Of a DNA stretch of 64,000 nt, positions 59,305 to 64,000 are shown piece by piece (positions within the stretch are counted from its first letter, which is position 1; each line of letters opens with the position of its first letter). The DNA comes from an uncultured delta proteobacterium (GTDB taxonomy: Bacteria; Desulfobacterota; Desulfobacteria; Desulfobacterales; SG8-13). Below the pieces are notes generated by a model that was given only the letters and a program-made list of their open reading frames with translations, did not search any database and was not told the DNA's origin. Location: NCBI GenBank assembly GCA_963848135.1, contig CAWKCK010000017.1, positions 558,001 to 622,000 on the forward strand, given 5' to 3'. Position numbers and translations under genes: made by a program.

Positions 59305-60141
59305 ATGAATGCTATCGAGAAATTGATCGATCAGGCCCTGGAAGAAGACATCGGACCAGCGGATATCAGCACTGAAAGTTTGGTCCCTGTCGATTTGGTG
59401 GGGACCGGCGAGATCGTGGCCAAAGAATCGGTGGTGCTGGCTGGCCTCGATATCTCCCGAAAAGTATTCGAACGACTCGATCCCGATATTTCCTGGAGGC
59501 CCCGCTACCGGGACGGCGAAGCGGCTGCCGACGGTGCCACGGTGGTGGAATTGTTCGGGAGGCTTGGGGCGTTGCTGTCTGCGGAACGGGTCGCGCTCAA
59601 CTTCCTGCAGCGCCTGTCCGGTATCGCTACCCTGACCCGGACATACAGTGACAAACTTGGCAATAGTAACGTCCGACTCGTCGATACGCGTAAAACTACA
59701 CCGGGATGGCGGGTCCTCGAAAAGTACGCTGTCAGGGTCGGCGGTGCCGGCAACCATCGGATGGGCCTTTATGACGGTGTGCTGATCAAGGATAATCATA
59801 TCGCTGCCTGCGGCGGGATCAAAACAGCCGTGGCACGCATCCGCCAGCGAATCTCTCATCTCATGAAAATCGAGGTCGAAGTCACGACTCTGGACGAGGC
59901 CCGAGAGGCCCTTGCTGTCGGCGTCGACATTATCATGCTCGACAATATGACACCTTCAAAAATCCGGGAGGCTGTCGCGTTGATCAACAAACGCGCGGTG
60001 GTAGAGGTTTCGGGAGGTGTCACCGATATCACCCTGGAAGAGTTGGCCAAAACCGGTGTCGACATTATTTCGGTGGGCGCCCTCACCCATTCGGCCCGCA
60101 GTGTCGATCTGAGCATGCGCATTTCCACCAGCAATAATTGA
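59305..60141 (+). CDS. nadC: nicotinate-nucleotide pyrophosphorylase (carboxylating)
   Basis: ERVALNFLQRLSGIAT, DTRKTTPG, NHRMGL, IKDNH, EVEV, MLDN, SVGALTHS; start at MNAIEK. Confidence 0.96.
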   Translation: MNAIEKLIDQALEEDIGPADISTESLVPVDLVGTGEIVAKESVVLAGLDISRKVFERLDPDISWRPRYRDGEAAADGATVVELFGRLGALLSAERVALNFLQRLSGIATLTRTYSDKLGNSNVRLVDTRKTTPGWRVLEKYAVRVGGAGNHRMGLYDGVLIKDNHIAACGGIKTAVARIRQRISHLMKIEVEVTTLDEAREALAVGVDIIMLDNMTPSKIREAVALINKRAVVEVSGGVTDITLEELAKTGVDIISVGALTHSARSVDLSMRISTSNN

Positions 60142-60204
60142 CGGCTTTCATTGAATATTTTAGCGACCGTATTGGCTGTCATCGGTCTAACGTTAGGATA
60201 GACA

Positions 60205-61173
60205 ATGATTCCGATTCGTGACACCATTCAGGCGCGTCATTCTCCGGTTGTCAACAACGCCCTTATCGGCATCAATATCGTTGTGTTTATGGTGCAGCTG
60301 GCTCAGGGAGCGGAAATGGACCGATTTGTTTTCCTATACGGTCTCGTTCCAGCCCGCTACACGGTTTCAGAAGTCGCGGCATATTTTTCCACCAGTCAAC
60401 AGATTTTCTCGCTTCTCTCTTTTATGTTCCTGCACGGTGGCTTCTGGCATATCCTCGGCAACATGTGGTCCCTCTATATTTTCGGTGACAATGTCGAAGA
60501 CCGTCTCGGACACTTGCGATACCTGATTTTCTACCTGCTTTGCGGACTGGTGTCGGGTATTTCTCATCTGGTTGTCAACTGGCATTCCACCATACCAACC
60601 ATTGGCGCCAGCGGTGCCATCGCCGGCGTCATGGGGGCTTATTTCATCCTATTTCCGTCCTCGAAAATCCTGACTCTGATACCGATCATCATTATTCCCT
60701 GGTTTGTTGAAATCCCCGCTTTTTTCTTCCTCGGCTTCTGGTTTTTACTTCAGTTCATCAACGCCGCCGGAACGCATGGTGCGATGAGTGGGATCGCTTG
60801 GTGGGCGCACATTGGTGGGTTCGTTTTCGGTATGCTCTTTTTGAAAATATTTCAACAGTTACCGCATTCGGGACTGGCCGAAAAGATCGGCCCGGTAACC
60901 GAAAAGAAAACGACGCATCGCCTGCAGGTGATTCACCCCAGCGGCAGCGGAGATGATCCCCATCTCTATGGTACAGTGACCATATCGCCTCATGAGGCCC
61001 AATCCGGGACACGTAAGATGGTCAGTTTACCATGGGGATTTTATACCCGGATGCTGAAAGTATCCGTGCCGTCTGGTATCAAGGAAGGAAGCACGTTACG
61101 TCTCAGGGGAATGGGTCGACACGTTGAGGGTGGGCAGAGGGGCGATTTATATTTGAAAGTCCAGATACGCTAG
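60205..61173 (+). CDS. rhomboid intramembrane serine protease with C-terminal DnaJ-CTD-like domain
   Basis: MFLHGG..HILGNM, GASGAIAG, AHIGG; C-terminal KVSVPSGIKEGSTLRLRGMG..RGDLYLKV. Confidence 0.88.
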   Translation: MIPIRDTIQARHSPVVNNALIGINIVVFMVQLAQGAEMDRFVFLYGLVPARYTVSEVAAYFSTSQQIFSLLSFMFLHGGFWHILGNMWSLYIFGDNVEDRLGHLRYLIFYLLCGLVSGISHLVVNWHSTIPTIGASGAIAGVMGAYFILFPSSKILTLIPIIIIPWFVEIPAFFFLGFWFLLQFINAAGTHGAMSGIAWWAHIGGFVFGMLFLKIFQQLPHSGLAEKIGPVTEKKTTHRLQVIHPSGSGDDPHLYGTVTISPHEAQSGTRKMVSLPWGFYTRMLKVSVPSGIKEGSTLRLRGMGRHVEGGQRGDLYLKVQIR

Positions 61174-62117
61174 GGTTTCAGCACTGAGGCATCTTCCACC
61201 TGGAGTGCAGTGACCCGGTTGCGGCCTTTTTGTTTGGAAAGGTACATGGCCTTGTCGGCGCGCTGGATGAAAGTCGAGAGCTCTTCATTCTCGTTGTACT
61301 GGGTTACACCGACGCTGATGGTAATCGAAACTTCTTTACCTTTTTCAGGTCGAAATACTTCCTCGTGGACCACATTGCGGATCCTCTCTGCAACCAGTAT
61401 CGCCTCTTCACAGCTTGTTTCCGGCAGGATCACCGTGAACTCTTCCCCGCCGTATCGGTAAGCTGTGTCAAGTTTACGCAAACAGGATTTAATCATCTGG
61501 CTGATGCGTACCAGGACTTTGTCGCCTTCAAGATGCCCAAAGGTATCATTATAGTTCTTGAACCGGTCGATATCCAGCAGAAGCAGTGAAAGAGAGTGCT
61601 TATAGCGATTGTAGCGATCAACCTCAACCTCGAGCTGGCTGTAAAATGACCGTGAATTATGAAGCTTCGTCAGACCATCAGTGATGGCCAGTCGCTGGAG
61701 TTTTTCCATCATCCGCACGCGTTCCTGGGTGAGATCACGTTCTTTCAGAACACGCTTCAGGCGCAGTAATAACTCTTCGAGCCTCACCGGCTTAATGACG
61801 AAATCGCTGGCTCCCATGTTGATCGCTTCTTCGTAGGAATAGTCACCGCTGTAACCGGTCATGACTATGACATCGGAGTTGAAGTCCCTTTTGATGAGTT
61901 TGGTCAGCTCAAGACCCCCCATACCCGGCAGCATGATATCGGTGATGACGACATGGATGTTATTTCTATTTTTTTCTAATTCCTCCAGGGCCACTTCCGC
62001 ACTCGATGCCATCGTGGAATTGTATCCGGCCATCTGGATAAACTCGTTCATCGATTCGCGGACACCGACCTCGTCATCGACGATCAATACGTTTGTATTT
62101 TTTTTTGCCTGTTCCAT
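61170..62117 (-). CDS. response-regulator diguanylate cyclase (REC-GGDEF)
   Basis: LIVDDE..TDIMLP..KP receiver, DGLT, RKLD I-site, GGEEF. Confidence 0.95.
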   Translation of the reverse strand: MEQAKKNTNVLIVDDEVGVRESMNEFIQMAGYNSTMASSAEVALEELEKNRNNIHVVITDIMLPGMGGLELTKLIKRDFNSDVIVMTGYSGDYSYEEAINMGASDFVIKPVRLEELLLRLKRVLKERDLTQERVRMMEKLQRLAITDGLTKLHNSRSFYSQLEVEVDRYNRYKHSLSLLLLDIDRFKNYNDTFGHLEGDKVLVRISQMIKSCLRKLDTAYRYGGEEFTVILPETSCEEAILVAERIRNVVHEEVFRPEKGKEVSITISVGVTQYNENEELSTFIQRADKAMYLSKQKGRNRVTALQVEDASVLKP

Positions 62118-62442
62118 TTATCATTCTTGGCTGAATCGAAGGAGTAGTCCTGAATACCGGGGTTGACAGATTTGAAAGCAATCTGATAAGTTACGAATTT
62201 TTAAAATTAAGGCGGTAGTATAGCTGTTAAAAAATAGCGTGTCAACTTACATTTAACTACCTAACCGCCTCAAGCAATTGCACTGATATCGGTGTAATGT
62301 CACCTTACCGGCTAAGCCATCGTTTCCAACCGGAACATTCACCCGATGCACGATATCCTGCAGCCCGAAGTGTGCTGCCGACCATTTGGCCCGGCGGGAT
62401 GACCCACCGTAAGGAGCCGTTGGGCTCAATTTTGTGAAAATA

Positions 62443-64000
62443 ATGAAAAATATCAGAAATTTCAGCATCATTGCCCATATCGACCACGGAAAATCGACTC
62501 TCTGTGACCGCATGATCCAAGCAACCAATATCATTGAGGATAGGGATTTTCACGACCAGATTCTCGATACGATGGACATCGAAAGGGAGCGGGGAATAAC
62601 GATCAAGAGCCAGACGGTTTGCCTGCCCTACAAGTCCCAGGACGGCCAGATGTATCAGCTCAACCTCATCGATACCCCCGGACATGTCGATTTCACCTAC
62701 GAAGTGTCTCGGGCATTGGCATCCTGTGAAGGCGCATTGCTTCTGATCGACGCCAGTCAGGGCGTCGAGGCCCAAACCCTGGCCAACCTCTACCTAGCCA
62801 TGGAACATGACCTGGAAATTATCCCGATAATCAATAAAATAGACCTGCCGTCCGCAGATATCGACCGGGTCAAAGATCAAATCAGCGAAGATCTCGGTCT
62901 CGATCCGGACGATGCCCTCCTCGTTTCAGCCAAGGAGGGGACAGGTGTTGCGGATCTCCTGGAAGCCATCGTCCATCGCTTGCCACCTCCGCAAGGCGAT
63001 CCCGATGCCCAGTTGAAGGCGCTGATATTTGATTCGCACTATGATTCATATCGCGGAACGGTGGTTCACTTTCGTGTCTTTCAGGGACGGATCCGTCCGG
63101 GAGAAACCGTCCGCTTTATGTCCAATAACGCCACCTACCGGGTGGAAGAAGTGGGCATCTTTCAAATCGTCAATGTGCCCCAAAAAGTTCTCTCCGCCGG
63201 CCAGGTGGGTTACATCACTGCCGGTATAAAAACCGTCAGTGATACCCGTTGTGGTGACACGATCACTTTGAAATCCCGTCCTTGCGACCGTCCAATGCCC
63301 GGATTCAAAGAAGCCAAACCGGTGGTTTTTTCTTCTATCTACCCTGTGGCCTCGGACGGTTACGAAGACCTCTCGGTCGCCCTCGAAAAGCTGAAATTAA
63401 ACGATGCCTCCCTGGTTTACGAGAAAGACACATCGGTAGCACTCGGATTCGGTTTCCGTTGTGGTTTTCTGGGGTTGCTGCATCTCGAAGTGGTGCAGGA
63501 AAGGCTTGAACGCGAGTATGACCTGTCTTTGATCTTGACCGCCCCATCCGTCCGTTACAAGCTCATCATGAACGACGGTACCGAGATAGTGATAGACAAT
63601 CCGGCGCTTTACCCGGACCCGACCCACATCGATATCACCAAGGAACCGTTCATTCGGGCGACAATAATGATCCCGGATCGTTACATGGGCGCAGTGATGA
63701 AGCTCTGCCTGGACCGGCGTGGGATCAGTGACAACTATCAATACCTGACAAACAATCGGTTGGAGATGATCTTCCAACTGCCGCTGGCAGAAGCGATCTA
63801 CGACTTTTACGACAAACTCAAATCGGTCACCCAGGGCTACGGTTCTTTTGATTATGAACTGATCGATTACCGGGAGACGGACCTCGTTAAACTCGATATC
63901 CTGATCAACGGCGATCGCGTGGATGCCTTTTCCCAACTGGTTCATCGGGATCGGGCCGTGGAGCGGGCCCGGTTGGCGTGCGAAAAACTCCAGCAGGAAA
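62443..64000 (+). CDS. lepA: elongation factor 4 (runs off the window end)
   Basis: manual translation [48 protein letters not shown]; open at the window edge, so missing from the ORF track. Confidence 0.97.
   Translation, partial: MKNIRNFSIIAHIDHGKSTLCDRMIQATNIIEDRDFHDQILDTMDIERERGITIKSQTVCLPYKSQDGQMYQLNLIDTPGHVDFTYEVSRALASCEGALLLIDASQGVEAQTLANLYLAMEHDLEIIPIINKIDLPSADIDRVKDQISEDLGLDPDDALLVSAKEGTGVADLLEAIVHRLPPPQGDPDAQLKALIFDSHYDSYRGTVVHFRVFQGRIRPGETVRFMSNNATYRVEEVGIFQIVNVPQKVLSAGQVGYITAGIKTVSDTRCGDTITLKSRPCDRPMPGFKEAKPVVFSSIYPVASDGYEDLSVALEKLKLNDASLVYEKDTSVALGFGFRCGFLGLLHLEVVQERLEREYDLSLILTAPSVRYKLIMNDGTEIVIDNPALYPDPTHIDITKEPFIRATIMIPDRYMGAVMKLCLDRRGISDNYQYLTNNRLEMIFQLPLAEAIYDFYDKLKSVTQGYGSFDYELIDYRETDLVKLDILINGDRVDAFSQLVHRDRAVERARLACEKLQQE

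Noticed and set aside
62253..63945. Minus-strand ORFs at the window end
   Set aside because: Antisense shadows of lepA on the + strand

Overview
Mostly core chromosome of an anaerobic Desulfobacterota (deltaproteobacterial, probably Desulfobacterales-type) bacterium. The taxonomy is inferred from the qrcABCD operon, system II cytochrome c maturation, an aldehyde:ferredoxin oxidoreductase and beta-oxidation genes. Recognisable content: hisD, serC, an AOR/MoaD/ThiF cluster, an ABC importer, a fadN-thiolase operon with a FadR-like operator, c-di-GMP proteins, comEC, murA, qrcABCD with resB/ccs genes, a UvrD/PcrA helicase, ppiD, tRNA-Ala(GGC), an EF-G paralog, parAB, ispH, plsY, ispA, tRNA-Phe(GAA), rsmE, valS, nadC and a 3'-truncated lepA. 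I found no CRISPR array, prophage, integrase or transposase. The most notable observations are: (1) a 550-aa hyper-acidic, probably disordered protein directly upstream of valS with PopZ/RomR-like architecture, a candidate polar scaffold; (2) IspH fused to a UbiA-like membrane prenyltransferase domain and broken by a 1-nt frameshift; (3) a 52-aa His-containing membrane protein after qrcD that the ORF track misses, a candidate fifth Qrc subunit; (4) a ~213-bp MITE-like element supplying a stop codon, with an exact solo end 51 kb away; (5) a decayed NUDIX duplicate flanking ispA; (6) a rhomboid-DnaJ(CTD) fusion and a cNMP-PilZ protein. All family calls come from motif recognition by eye; no database searches were run.
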